The notes beneath the pieces were generated by a model. That model ran no database searches and had not been told where the DNA came from. It saw only the letters and a list, made by a program, of their open reading frames with translations. The translations under genes and the position numbers were made by a program. From Calditrichia bacterium (GTDB lineage: Bacteria > Calditrichota > Calditrichia > RBG-13-44-9), in NCBI GenBank assembly GCA_037381445.1, contig JARRQT010000051.1:1-16878 (forward strand): a DNA stretch of 16,878 bases, given 5' to 3'. Shown in pieces: positions 16,619 through 16,878 of this stretch (its first letter is position 1; each line of letters opens with the position of its first letter).

Positions 16619-16690
16619 ATGAAATTCATAAAGTTGAAAGAATTATTGAATTTTATGAAATTCATAAAGTTGTAAGAATTATTGAATTTT
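16619..16690 (+). repeat. 36-bp head-to-tail tandem duplication
   Basis: ATGAAATTCATAAAGTTG(A/T)AAGAATTATTGAATTTT at 16619-16654 and 16655-16690, 35/36 identical. Confidence 0.97.
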
Positions 16691-16878
16691 CGGGCAGGCT
16701 CTTAGATTTGCTCTGAGGAGCTTGCTTCGAATTTGCCGCCGCTTCATTAAAGTGGAAGGGGAGGGGGGAATCATCAGCCGTTCTATGATATTGGCGGAGA
16801 GATTTTAACAAAACCAGCAGCCAAGGGCGGCATGGTTCGGCTGCAATCTTCAGCCAAAGAATGTTTGGCACGGACCAT

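Noticed and set aside
16619..16690. 36-bp repeat containing GTTGAAAG as a CRISPR array
   Set aside because: Only two copies, directly adjacent with no spacer, and no cas genes in the window.
16662..16871. 69-aa minus-strand ORF at the window end
   Set aside because: No recognisable homology, runs into the 36-bp repeat, and its start context is cut off by the window edge.

Overview
Bacterial carbohydrate and cell-wall salvage region. A T9SS-type C-terminal domain relic and clear Shine-Dalgarno sites suggest an FCB-related host such as Calditrichota, KSB1 or Ignavibacteria (inference). Left half: the 3' end of an L-Ala-D/L-Glu epimerase, then two related divergent units. Unit 1 is an intact AraC regulator facing an internally deleted Na+/solute symporter and an intact one. 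Unit 2 is a truncated AraC paralog facing a secreted GH9 hydrolase. Both units keep a 35-bp operator-like motif, and the AraC paralog is cut exactly at what looks like the right end of an IS1634-family element. Right half, all minus strand: a GH2 exo-beta-D-glucosaminidase (CsxA-like lipoprotein), a FucP/GluP-type MFS permease and a ROK kinase, whose spacers hold 7-8 bp periodic repeats, followed by glcD-glcF. The last ~1.5 kb is largely AT-rich with no long ORF. It holds a hairpin-occluded 43-codon ORF, the T9SS relic, a 36-bp tandem duplication and a hairpin cluster. All family assignments come from motif recognition by eye, not database searches.
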